A DNA stretch of 62,926 bases, the filler included, from Aduncisulcus paluster (Eukaryota), in NCBI GenBank assembly GCA_024181965.1. It is 6 parts of 6 records of this genome, joined end to end, with 100 filler letters (N's around TTAATTAATTAA, not from the genome) between each part and the next. Parts side by side here need not be neighbours in the genome. Positions count along the whole stretch, not along the records: positions 30,687 to 38,648 come from BQXS01011034.1; positions 38,749 to 50,515 come from BQXS01011035.1; 4 more parts are not named here. One strand, written 5' to 3'. Numbering within the stretch: position 1 is the stretch's first letter; each line of letters opens with the position of its first letter. A model generated the notes under the pieces. It did no database searches and was not told the origin of the DNA. It saw nothing but the letters and a program-made list of their open reading frames with translations. The position numbers were made by a program, and so were the translations under genes. This document shows, one piece after another, positions 33,601-44,375 of the stretch.

Positions 33601-34775
33601 ACTATAATAGCTCTTCTCGGTCTCATTTCATTTAGTTTGGCGGAATAAAAGGGAGGTTTTGAGGTGAATAGTGAGAAAATGATTGCAGCAAGTGAATAGG
33701 AATCAGAAAGAATAAAAGGAGAACGTGGGAAATCAGGTAGTTCAAGTTCACTTCTAAAGGCTGGATTAGATGTCAGAGAAGAGGAAGAGGAAGACGAAGA
33801 GGAAGAGGAGGAGGAGGAGGAGGAGGAGGAGAGAGGAGAGGAAGAGGAAGGAGAAGATTCAGAATCAGACAAAACAGTTTTTTCTTTCTGAGATTGTGGA
33901 TTCAATTCCGTTGAATTTTTATCTGAAGATGAGATTTTCTTCATTTTCTTGCTGATTAGAGGTCCTTTCTCTCGTTCTTTTTTGTCTGCTTCCCATTTTT
34001 TCCAAAATGAAGCCTCTGCATTCTCTCTGGAAGCTATTCCATTTGAACAGGAATCATATCGAAAGAAAGCATCGTTAAAATCGACCGATTTCTTCTTAGG
34101 TGAATGAAATATCCCATTTCTAAGGTCGTGCATGGTTGTAATGATAATTGGACAACGTTGTTTAAGCGAAAACATGAATTGGTCGACTATTTTGACTCCA
34201 GACAACGTGATACCAAAGGAATCAGGGGTTAAGAAGCCATGAGGAAGATGTTTAGAATGTAATATTACAACACATCCAATGATACCGATACAAACCTTTA
34301 ATATGTCATCACGAACTCCTTCGATGAAAGAACTGACTTTTCCTGATGGATATGAGGCATTTATATCGTATTCATTGCATGATTGCTTAATTTTATCGAC
34401 ATATTCAAGCAGACTCATTTCAACAGGGTCTGTCGCGAGGAAGAGCATGCCTTCTTCGATCCACACTCCATATATCTGAGGTACAGCCTGCATAATGGCA
34501 ACATTAGCTTTACAAAATGTAAGTATATCATATGTGATGAAAGGAAACTCGATAACTCTTGTAGAATCGGGGAGAGTAGACGGATCAATAATGATGGCTT
34601 CAAATTCTTTCCAAATACGTTCATCGACTGATTTATCCACTGATTTAAACATTCTACTTATTGGTTGTGTATTTGATGTGTCTAAAATCCCAGGATCCTT
34701 TTTTCCAGAGCCAGAGGTCGATGGAATATCTTCTAGTGGGGAAGATTCTTTTTTGTCATGCTTTAAATCACTCAT
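30687..34775 (-). CDS. Pseudokinase + B-box-like Zn finger + coiled-coil protein, 3' partial, one apparent frameshift
   Basis: Kinase C-lobe remnants (LHSKHLPHGFLTPDS, IVDQF, SDSYSLAAIIFSLFTSKPPF, LKQCLNPSYEPR). CTFH..FYCSHCSRSVCVEC..H. The frame changes in (TC)8 at 32653-32668 into the helical frame of ORF 30635..32854. Confidence 0.7.
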
Positions 34776-35197
34776 TTAGAATAATAATACAATTTTCTTG
34801 AAAATTTCTTGAATAACAAACTTGAAATGGTTTATCATTCAAGAATATCGGAAAAATGTAAGTATATCATATGTGATGAAAGGAAACTCGATAACTCTTG
34901 TAGAATCGGGGAGAGTAGACGGATCAATAATGATGGCTTCAAATTCTTTCCAAATACGTTCATCGACTGATTTATCCACTGATTTAAACATTCTACTTAT
35001 TGGTTGTGTATTTGATGTGTCTAAAATCCCAGGATCCTTTTTTCCAGAGCCAGAGGTCGATGGAATATCTTCTAGTGGGGAAGATTCTTTTTTGTCATGC
35101 TTTAAATCACTCATTTAGAATAATAATACAATTTTCTTGAAAATTTCTTGAATAACAAACTTGAAATGGTTTATCATTCAAGAATATCGGAAAAATG
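34514..35197. repeat. 339-nt tandem duplication of the kinase-gene 5' end and upstream region
   Basis: Two apparently identical copies with no N gap; AAAATG at 34514, 34853 and 35192. Confidence 0.9.
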
Positions 35198-35286
35198 AAA
35201 TTATAGAAAATTGACAATTGATTTACTCAATCCAAACATCAAAAACAAGAACCAGATGGTTTTATACTAACAAATAAACATTGAAA

Positions 35287-36554
35287 TTATTTGTGTTCAA
35301 CTTCAGAAGCAGGTAAAGGAAGAACATTGATGTTGAGGGGGAAATGGGCCTTATGGGCGTTTCTTTTATGGTGATACTCAACAAGTTTGGCCTTTCTTAA
35401 GAACTCAGCGCGTGCTTCTTCACTCAATTCACCAATTCTCTCCTCAAATCCTGTGATACGGCTTCCTTTCATCATATAACCTGTATAAAGTTCGACAAAG
35501 TCATAGGACACTCCTAATTCATCCTCATCTGACTGTCCTTCCCACAAATCGGCACTGGGTTTGGCTTCAATAATGGAATCAGGAACAGTACCTTCGAGGG
35601 CACGAGCAACGGCAAATACTTCGCTCTTGTGAAGATCTGCGATGAGTTGAATGTCGGCGACACCATCTCCGGCCTTACAGAAATACCTTAAATATCCATC
35701 TTCATCGAAATTACCAGTTCCGACGCAAACACAAGGGAATCCTTGGGCAGAANNNNNNNNNNNNNNNNNNNNATACGGCTTCCTTTCATCATATAACCTG
35801 TATAAAGTTCGACAAAGTCATAGGACACTCCTAATTCATCCTCATCTGACTGTCCTTCCCACAAATCGGCACTGGGTTTGGCTTCAATAATGGAATCAGG
35901 AACAGTACCTTCGAGGGCACGAGCAACGGCAAATACTTCGCTCTTGTGAAGATCTGCGATGAGTTGAATGTCGGCGACACCATCTCCGGCCTTACAGAAA
36001 TACCTTAAATATCCATCTTCATCGAAATTACCAGTTCCGACGCAAACACAAGGGAATCCTTGGGCAGAAATCATCTGAGCAACAAAATACAAAACGGGAG
36101 TACGCATGTATGATCTGAGTTGACCACGGGCAAAACGGACTTTGTCAGGCTTAGGGAGAAGGTCACCCTTGAGCTCACCGATGACAATGGAGGATAAACG
36201 ATCTTCGAGGGAGGATTGATCAACCGTTATGATTTCAACACCAGCAGCTTTACCAGCAACGTAAGCACGATCCTGGATAGTGGCGGTAGAGTGAATAGGT
36301 TGAGCAATACCCAATACTTTTTTGAGAGGGGAGCCTGGAACCATAGAGGCCTTCTTAAGAAGAGCAAGGGTAACAGCACTATCAATACCACCTGAGACAT
36401 TGATACAAGCTCCAGACAATCCGTGAAGTGCAAAGTATTCATTGGTAGCCTCAACTTTTTTGTCGATCCATTCTTTCGCATTAAAAGAACGTTCTTTGCG
36501 GTATTCCATAAGCATATCTTTCAATTCTGGGTGTAAACCAAGCTTCATTACCAT
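35287..36554 (-). CDS. nadE: Single-domain (NH3-dependent type) NAD+ synthetase, ~316 aa after removing the duplicated overlap
   Basis: VSGGIDSAV, VGTGNFDE, IADLHKSEV, KPSADLWEGQSDEDELG; no N-terminal glutaminase domain. 35456-35752 is repeated as 35773-36069 across N20. Confidence 0.92.
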
Positions 36555-36860
36555 ATTATATTCTCGGATGTTGCAAAAAGGTGTTTCGAAAGTTTCCGAT
36601 GAGGATCCAAGGAAAGTTTCAAATCAGGGGAGTAAAATTGCAATAAAACGAAACACAATAAATAGGAAATGATTTATTTTCTTGACAGATTCTGAAGATC
36701 ATCATCGAAAATCGAGTCGATTTAATCGACCTGCGTAAAAGAATTTATCACAAACATACTATTATAAATTGGATTGGTGTTTTAAAAAATTATTATTATT
36801 ATTATTGATTAATTTGTTGAATCACTGAAAAAAAAAAAAAAAAACAGAGAAAAACAGGGA

Positions 36861-37884
36861 TTATACTCTTGGAAGGAATCCGACAACACCCATTGATTCG
36901 ATTCCACACTCATCAACTCCCCGAATTATTCGAAAAGTACCATTTTCTCCCCAATCATACCCCCATGAGTTTGACACAATCCAATAATCAGTATCGTTGG
37001 TTGTACCCCATCCAATAATCTTTACGGCATGTCCACCTTCATAAGATCCAGATACATGCTGATAAACACCACTGGAATATAGAGGAAAGTCCGTGTACAC
37101 CTGAAACACCGCTTCAACGGGACCATTGGCATTGATTTCTTTCATAATATCGGTCGTAGATCCAGACACAACTGCAGTTCCATTGGATAGAAATCTTTCC
37201 ATTTTGGACCCATCAATACATTTAGAAATACATTCGGGAGTGGAAACACCATCTCCGGAAACATAAGGGAAGCAAGATTCTTTGACAATGCCGGAAATGT
37301 TTAAGAAAGAGCCAGTTAACAAGGGATTTCCCCCCAAGCATCCATGATCAAGCTTATCACAAGAACAAAGCCACTGTGGACTTAGCAAATCATCTTCAGT
37401 TGTGAGTTGAGTCTGTTCAGACGCAATGCAATAACGATCGCCAAAGCTCTCAGAAGCAGCATGTGCCCAACATGACTGAAATTGAAATTAAGGGGAGGGA
37501 AATGGGAAAAAACAACTCAAAACATTAAATCATCCAATCTAATGTAAGGGAAAAGCAAAAAAGAATTAATAAACATACTCCACACCAACCTTGGTTCCTA
37601 ATCATTTGAATAGTCTTACACCCAGGCCATGTTTCACGCGAATCGAAGCTTGTTGGTATAATACTCTCTTCAACCACTTGCATAAGGGGAAGACTAGATC
37701 TGAATTGAGGAATTGAACCCATTAACGATGACTTAAATTGATCGATGGTAAAAATATCATCTGGCAACTTTGGAACCCATAAAGAAGTTTTTCTAAGAAT
37801 ATCATCAAGTAATTCAATATCCCAGCAAACAACCATAGAAATAATGATAAAAAGCAAATAAATATAGAATAAATATAAGTGCAT
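36861..37884 (-). CDS. Cathepsin B-like cysteine protease (2 exons)
   Basis: Signal peptide, PTSFDSRETWPGC, NQGWCG|SCWA, GCLGG, GGHAVKIIGWG, YWIVSNSWG, CGIES. Confidence 0.95.
37476..37578 (-). other. Spliceosomal intron, 103 nt, phase 0
   Basis: GTATGT...ATTTCAG; removal rebuilds the catalytic QGWCGSCWA motif. Confidence 0.93.
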
Positions 37885-38029
37885 ATGTTTGTTATATCTT
37901 GATTATGACAAAAGCAGCGACATTTTCCAAAAAAACGTTAATATAGATAAAAACAATATTATAAACTCATTTATTACTTCCGATTAAAATGATTGGGTTA
38001 AATTAAATTAATATTGATTAAAAATCCCT

Positions 38030-38647
38030 TTACATTATGGTACAGGATTTATGTGTGGATTCAGCTCTTTCGTTTATGGTTTGAACTTCGGATTTCTCTA
38101 CCATTAGGAAACTACCTTCTTTGTTCCCAATTAAGAGTCGAGAATCGCTTAAAACGGCGTGTATGATGTGTATATCTTTGGTCTGTGATCCCGAATAATA
38201 GACCGACTGTCCTTCACAAAAGAATTGACGATCTGATTGTTTTGACTTGTATTTCTTCCTTTTCCATTCCTTCCACATCCGGTCCACACTCCCACAGGCT
38301 TCAAGATCACTATCCAAGAATGATACAGAATGTGCCTGAGTGAAACACACTTGTACTCGGCCATGGTCTTGACCCACAACAATTCCAACGGGAGAAGAGA
38401 GAGAGATTGGACGGACAGAATCACCCTCCATGAACCTGGACTCTCCTGCTCTCCCTGGTTTCCTCAGCTTAACATCAGATAATGGAACACAAGCCACGAC
38501 GTTGCCAAAATCAACCATCACCACGGAATCGACAACGAAAAGAACACGGCCAAGGACACACGTTGACAGAGCATATGCAATACGTCTTGCGAGAGAATCG
38601 CTTGGTGATAGAGCTGCATCTTCACTGGCTACATGTCTTGTCGTTGG
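38030..38647 (-). CDS. Hypothetical protein C-terminus with small beta-barrel-like repeats and CaaX box, 5' partial
   Basis: Frame is open from the contig end; repeats FMEGDSV / FCEGQSV; ends CTIM-stop. Confidence 0.65.
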   Translation of the reverse strand, partial: PTTRHVASEDAALSPSDSLARRIAYALSTCVLGRVLFVVDSVVMVDFGNVVACVPLSDVKLRKPGRAGESRFMEGDSVRPISLSSPVGIVVGQDHGRVQVCFTQAHSVSFLDSDLEACGSVDRMWKEWKRKKYKSKQSDRQFFCEGQSVYYSGSQTKDIHIIHAVLSDSRLLIGNKEGSFLMVEKSEVQTINERAESTHKSCTIM

Positions 38648-38648
38648 A

Positions 38649-38748
38649 NNNNNNNNNNNNNNNNNNNNNNNNNNNNNNNNNNNNNNNNNNNNTTAATTAA
38701 TTAANNNNNNNNNNNNNNNNNNNNNNNNNNNNNNNNNNNNNNNNNNNN
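38649..38748. other. Artificial contig-joining spacer
   Basis: N44-TTAATTAATTAA-N44. Confidence 0.98.
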
Positions 38749-38779
38749 CTCAAATCTATATAATCAATCATTATCACAA

Positions 38780-40282
38780 ATGAAACCTGAACGGTCGATT
38801 CCATTTCCCCCGCCAAATTTCCCTCAACCACCCCAAGCTTCCAGCGGAGTTGACCTTCTATTTCCCCCTAGCGATCCCTCCCTTCGTTCTTCACAAATGC
38901 AGATGTTTTCAAGAACACCAGGAGATATAGAGACAGGATATCAGGTTCAATCTGATCTTCGATCACATCAACCACCTTCTATTCCTCAATCTTCATTTCA
39001 ACAACAATCAAACCCTCATATGTTTCATATTCCATCACAAAATCCCGTCAAACCAGAGAGCCGCCGTGCTTCTGCTGATAATCCATTCTCTCACGTTGGT
39101 GAAGAGTTTGCTTCATCGATGGGATCCTACTTTGGTAGTCAAGGCCCTATTCCGCCCATGAGTTCTCCTGTTGGCGTGTTTTCTCGCCCTATGGAGCAAC
39201 AACAGCCTCACTATGCTCATCCTCCCCTCCGTCAGTCTTCGTATCTCTCCTCGTCTCTGGTTGGTCCAAGTGAGCAACCTCAGAGACCTCTCTTCCCTGT
39301 TGGAACTGGTATCGATCCCTTCCTACCTCCTTCTGCCCCCACAGGAGGGTTCATGGGTCTCTCTCGCCAACAACACCAAGCATCATCGAGTGGTTCGAAT
39401 ATGTCTTATGGATATCATGGCGAGGGTTCAATTCCTGCCTCGTCCGTCCAATCCCAACACCCTCAACACTCACTTTCTATTTCCTCCGTGAAGGAAGAAG
39501 AAGAGTGGACTCCAATGGGAATGGTTCGAGGTCAACCTCCAGCAGATCATCAGAGACATCATCAATATAGCAGTGGCAGTACTGGACGACATCACAATAC
39601 TACCACTGGCAGTTCATCTTCTTCGTTGAGAGGAACACACAGACCTATGCATGAGTCAACAAAAACATCCTCACCCTCTGAGTTATATAAAGAAGAGGAA
39701 GACTCCGGTGGGGATGGAGACTATGTTTTGCAATCCACCTCTTCTTCCTCTCCATCGATTCACAATCCTTCATCCAAATCGTACAGAGCTTCCCCCCAGA
39801 TGGAATTGGCTATGCCAGCCCTTGGGAAACGTTCTTCTTCGCACCGTGCATCTCTCTCCCGCGCACCCATCGACCTTGCCACGCTTCAGGAGGCCATTGC
39901 TTCACTCAATGCAGCTGCTGGGCGTGCCTCAAAACGCATCAAGGATGGCTATTCCCCCTCAACAGAAGTGGACGGTGAGACAACCACAGATCTTGTCGAG
40001 ACGTGTTATGAGTTGAAAGTCTTGATTGACCAGGCCTTCCCCATTAAAAAGAAGAGGAGCGAAAGGTTTGTATGGAACGATAAGTCCGTATCAAAGTTAA
40101 AGGAGCTATATGTGCAAAAACATCTCTCTGGTAACACGAGGAGATTGGATCAGAGAGAAAAGGAAAGCTGGGCGAGGAAATTGGGATGCACAGTTTCCTG
40201 CGTGCAAAATTACATTTATCGCAGAAGGGATGAATTAGATAAGGAAGTTGAAGAAGAGAAGAGGAAAAGGACCAAACCTTAG
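38780..40282 (+). CDS. Probable transcription factor with divergent C-terminal homeodomain
   Basis: P/S/Q-rich N-terminus, then KKKRSERFVW..SVSKLKELY..EKESWARKLGCTVSCVQNYIYRRR with homeodomain helix spacing. Confidence 0.65.
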   Translation: MKPERSIPFPPPNFPQPPQASSGVDLLFPPSDPSLRSSQMQMFSRTPGDIETGYQVQSDLRSHQPPSIPQSSFQQQSNPHMFHIPSQNPVKPESRRASADNPFSHVGEEFASSMGSYFGSQGPIPPMSSPVGVFSRPMEQQQPHYAHPPLRQSSYLSSSLVGPSEQPQRPLFPVGTGIDPFLPPSAPTGGFMGLSRQQHQASSSGSNMSYGYHGEGSIPASSVQSQHPQHSLSISSVKEEEEWTPMGMVRGQPPADHQRHHQYSSGSTGRHHNTTTGSSSSSLRGTHRPMHESTKTSSPSELYKEEEDSGGDGDYVLQSTSSSSPSIHNPSSKSYRASPQMELAMPALGKRSSSHRASLSRAPIDLATLQEAIASLNAAAGRASKRIKDGYSPSTEVDGETTTDLVETCYELKVLIDQAFPIKKKRSERFVWNDKSVSKLKELYVQKHLSGNTRRLDQREKESWARKLGCTVSCVQNYIYRRRDELDKEVEEEKRKRTKP

Positions 40283-40456
40283 TTCTTTCCTCTCTTTTCC
40301 TTTCTCTCTTCCTTTGAACTGACATATATTGTGAATTATATATATTTATATTCATATATTTCACTTTTTATAATATAAATTGGTGTGGGATCAGCTATCA
40401 TCTTGTACTAGTTTAATTTTTGTTTATTATTATTACATTATGATTATATTATATAT

Positions 40457-40506
40457 TGATTATTGATTGATTGATTATTGATTGATTGATTATTGATTGA
40501 TTGATT
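40457..40506. repeat. ATTG/ATTGATTGATT microsatellite
   Basis: Direct reading. Confidence 0.85.
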
Positions 40507-40981
40507 CACAAGGTCTAGGTTGAAAATACTCAAATAGTCCGTTCTTTTTGACATTCTACCTTTGTTTTTACTTATTTCTGTTCTAATTGCTATTTTATTT
40601 CTAAGACTTATCCACATATCCTAATGTTTTCGTTGAATAGAGTTCTCAGAACTATAGGCTACTAGCCATATATATATATCTGAAAGCCAGGCTTGATTCG
40701 CTCGAAATGCTGTCTGAATACTTGCTTATATTATTATTATCATATTTTCATCTACATTCTTATATTAATACATAAATGAGAGAAAAAAGGCGCCGTCTTC
40801 AAGACCGAATAAATAAATACTCGATATATCATTGTTCCATTCATATCATCATAATATTAGTCCAGCAAAGTATGTTATTTTGATTTTATTTTGCTCGTAT
40901 TGCCCGTGGTTTATGTTTTACCAAAATCCGAACAAAAAACAACCAGTTTGCTTCTGAACACACAAATTATCTTGATAGAAC

Positions 40982-41782
40982 ATGTTTACATTATGTAGTA
41001 ATTTTTGTAAATGGATATATGATGAAGTACATCCTCAATACACCCTTCTCTTACTTGGAATAGATAATGCTGGCAAATCTGCCATATTTAACACGTTAAT
41101 CGGGAAACCCGATCCAAAACTACTACCAACAGTCGGTTTAGAATCTCATATTCTTGAATTAGATTCATTCAAATGTGAATTAATAGATTTAGGAGGCGGA
41201 AGGAATATCCGGAGCTATTGGACAAGTTATCTCGCTAGAGCCCATGGAATTATATATGTCGTTGATGTCACCGATAGTGAGCGGATGAAAGAATCTTCGA
41301 CTGTTTTTGATGATCTTATGAAACATTCTTTTATGCACGAAAAGCCTTTATTGATTTTAAAGCATAAAAAAGATGAGTTAGGTGAAGAATATGATGTTAT
41401 TCAAACAAAAGAATCACCAAAAACAGTGTTAATCAAAGATAAAGGTGAATGTGAAGAGTTTTCATTTTTCTCTAAAATACATCCATTATCTGATTATTCA
41501 TCAATTTATTCCCCAATTTTACTTAGAAAATCCTTAATATCACTTCTTAAAAGCATTAAAAAAGCTGGAAAACCCCTCCAACGTAAAATTGATCTCGATT
41601 TGCAATCAGAGGCTGAACGGAAAAAAATTGAAAAAGAAGAGAAGAAAAAAAGGATTGCGGAACGAAGAAAAAAAAGGGAGCTTGAAAGATTAGCCCGTGA
41701 AAAGGAAAAGGAAACGGAATCCCTTCCCAAGGATCTTCCAGTGCCCAAATCGGAATTACAAACCGTTAATACTGCCGAATAA
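40982..41782 (+). CDS. ARL13: ARF-like GTPase 13 (ciliary)
   Basis: GIDNAGKS, PTVG, DLGGG (Gly in place of the catalytic Gln, typical of ARL13), N-terminal Cys, C-terminal coiled coil. Confidence 0.85.
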   Translation: MFTLCSNFCKWIYDEVHPQYTLLLLGIDNAGKSAIFNTLIGKPDPKLLPTVGLESHILELDSFKCELIDLGGGRNIRSYWTSYLARAHGIIYVVDVTDSERMKESSTVFDDLMKHSFMHEKPLLILKHKKDELGEEYDVIQTKESPKTVLIKDKGECEEFSFFSKIHPLSDYSSIYSPILLRKSLISLLKSIKKAGKPLQRKIDLDLQSEAERKKIEKEEKKKRIAERRKKRELERLAREKEKETESLPKDLPVPKSELQTVNTAE

Positions 41783-42118
41783 TGATATATAAATTTATTT
41801 TCGGTTTTGTTATTCATCAACTCCATGATAATCACATCAATCCATTAGTTCCACTTTATCGAGTTTTTAAATTATTTTTCGCGTTAAAATAAGAAGTGTT
41901 TTCTACAATTATTATTTGTTTATTGATTCACTATATTTTTATTTGTTATCTCCCTGCGTTCTATTTTTAGATTTCATTTTTACTTCATTAGTGTTTAATA
42001 GCATTATTTGACCCATTTCTCGTTGATAACTAGAAATATCCAAATATAATATTATTTTCTGGACTTACTCGCTTTAATATAGGGATAATTTCAACTTAAC
42101 TATCAAAAAAAGAAACAT

Positions 42119-43621
42119 ATGATTTCACGGAAAGAGAAACTAATTCTGCTGGCAGCCACTGCTTTTACCTTTTTAAGTGCCTTTTTTTATTCAGCTGAAG
42201 GAGAAATTATGGACGGTGAGGTTCTTGAATCCTTTCCACGTCCATTTTTAATCAGTTACGTTACCCACGGATTATGTGCTCTATGCATCTTTATGGAGCC
42301 TATTAGGTGGTCTGTTCAAACTATTTCATACAAATCAAAGTCAAAAAAGCTTCAAAATATGTCAGATCTTGAAGATCTTTCTGCTTCGAAAACATCATCA
42401 ATTTCCTCATCTGCGATTGACGAGAAAATTGGAGAAACCCTACCCTTAATTGAACAAGATAGAGATGATTCGTCGAGTGAAACCATCACCGAATGGGATG
42501 GTGAAGCTGAGACAAGCGATAAGGATAAAAAGGATCCTCCTCATGAGACCAGACTTTTGCCCGACTCTCCGAAGGATGAAAACGCCCTTCAAAAGCCAAA
42601 ACCAATGCTTTTCACAACTAATGGCAGCTTTACCAATGGTAAAACCATTGGCAAATTTATATTTTTGACTTATTTATATATTATCGGTTGTTGGGTTTGG
42701 GTCATTGGTTTGGCTTATGTTGCCTCCTCTGTTGTCACAGCCATTGCGAATATTGGTGCTGTTCTGGTCTTGATCTGGAATAGAATAGTTCCTTCCAAAC
42801 CTAACCCTGGGAAACGTGAGATTCGTGGGTCCATAATTATGATTTTTGCTGCTGTTATTTTCATTTTCACTCTTCCTCAGCCTGACGAAGCCCACCATTC
42901 AATTGGAGATGTTGTATTAGGGGTGTTTCTGGGTATTCTTTCCCTCGTCTTAATTACTGCTTTCAGACTCTTCTACGAGCTTTGGTGGCCCGATTTGACT
43001 GTGTACGAGCAAATGCACTGGCTTGGTGAATACGGTGTGTACACTCTTGTTTTCTGTCTGCCCATCATTCCTCTGTTGAGTGTGACTGGGGTTGAAAAGT
43101 GGACAGCCCCCACATTACAGGAATGGCTCGTCTTATGCAGTACTGGAGTGTCTGAATTCCTCATGAACCTAACAATGTTCCTGGCATTCACTCTCTCATC
43201 TCCACTCTTTTTCTGTGCTGGTAATGGTGTTACTGTTACAATCTCATTGATTCTTGACTTGTCTATGCACAGATTTACTATTTCATGGTGGCGTGCCCTC
43301 ATTGCTTTCATTTGCACAGCTGGTATTCTCGTTGGAACCATCGATATCGGCTTTGGAGAAAAAGAACGTGAGACTCAGAGGAAACAAGAAGAAGAAGGAG
43401 AGAGTGATTCCATCATCGATGAAACTATCCACACAGACTTTACTGACGGAGCTAACCCTACTACAAGGGATTCATGCACCGATAAGTACCCGAGGAACTC
43501 TTCCTTGGCTCGTTTCTCCCAACTTGAAGGTATTGCTGGATCTAACATCTCTCTGAGTAATCTCAGTGGAGCCCAGTTGATTGGTAATGATGACGTGGTC
43601 GAAGAGGAAGAGGGGAAATGA
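42119..43621 (+). CDS. DMT/EamA superfamily transporter (SLC35F-like)
   Basis: About 10 hydrophobic segments, FPRPFLISYV motif, large hydrophilic loop after TM2. Confidence 0.75.
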   Translation: MISRKEKLILLAATAFTFLSAFFYSAEGEIMDGEVLESFPRPFLISYVTHGLCALCIFMEPIRWSVQTISYKSKSKKLQNMSDLEDLSASKTSSISSSAIDEKIGETLPLIEQDRDDSSSETITEWDGEAETSDKDKKDPPHETRLLPDSPKDENALQKPKPMLFTTNGSFTNGKTIGKFIFLTYLYIIGCWVWVIGLAYVASSVVTAIANIGAVLVLIWNRIVPSKPNPGKREIRGSIIMIFAAVIFIFTLPQPDEAHHSIGDVVLGVFLGILSLVLITAFRLFYELWWPDLTVYEQMHWLGEYGVYTLVFCLPIIPLLSVTGVEKWTAPTLQEWLVLCSTGVSEFLMNLTMFLAFTLSSPLFFCAGNGVTVTISLILDLSMHRFTISWWRALIAFICTAGILVGTIDIGFGEKERETQRKQEEEGESDSIIDETIHTDFTDGANPTTRDSCTDKYPRNSSLARFSQLEGIAGSNISLSNLSGAQLIGNDDVVEEEEGK

Positions 43622-43723
43622 ATCTTGAGGAATATATAAGAATATAATGTCATCTCCGCTGTATTCCTCTATTCTCACATGTTTGGATTTCGTTACAACC
43701 GTTGAATCACTTTTTATTGGATT

Positions 43724-43846
43724 GCCTCTCCATCGGTCCGCTCACGACAGTTTGGCAAGAACTCTTTTGCTCGTCCGAAGAGTCCGTCGATGAAGGCCAT
43801 CACTGGATATGTAGCCCTTTCGAGCACAAGGGGTGTGACCCAGGCT
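43724..43846. ncRNA. Candidate structured RNA (unidentified)
   Basis: GC-enriched island in an AT-rich spacer with several nested complementary stems; no family motif recognised. Confidence 0.25.
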
Positions 43847-44375
43847 TTGATATTTCTTGAATAAAATTGACATTCAGACCTTTAAAAATCTCATTTTATG
43901 ATTATCTTATTTCCCCTTTGACTTCCATTTTGGCTGCAAATTCAAAAGTTCAGTATAATTTTTCGAATGAAATTATTATTTTATTGCATATAAGATATTT
44001 TCCAACCGTTTTTTATCCAATTCACTGGTTGTAAAAAACATACCAATATGTTTGACCTAATATCTTTCCACCAAACATGTATTATATAAAATCCGCAAGT
44101 AATCAAGTTTTCCACAATTTTATTAATACTTTTGAGCTGAATAATCGTTTTTTCTTCTTCCTCAAACTATTTGAGTTTTTCACTCAATTGTGGTCTGCCC
44201 TGTTTTCTCTTAAATTTTAGTAATTTTTTTGGAAAAATATGAATTCCTAATACATCAAATTTTATTACAAGAAGTAGAAAAGTTGAAAAGAAGAGTCATT
44301 AAAAGAAAGTAGATGAACTACATTACAGTACTCTTACATTATGAAATTACAAGAATAAAATTATTTGACTATCAA

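Noticed and set aside
43619-43850. Selenocysteine read-through of the transporter TGA with a downstream SECIS
   Set aside because: No convincing AUGA/GA quartet with an apical AA; the read-through peptide is short and non-conserved.
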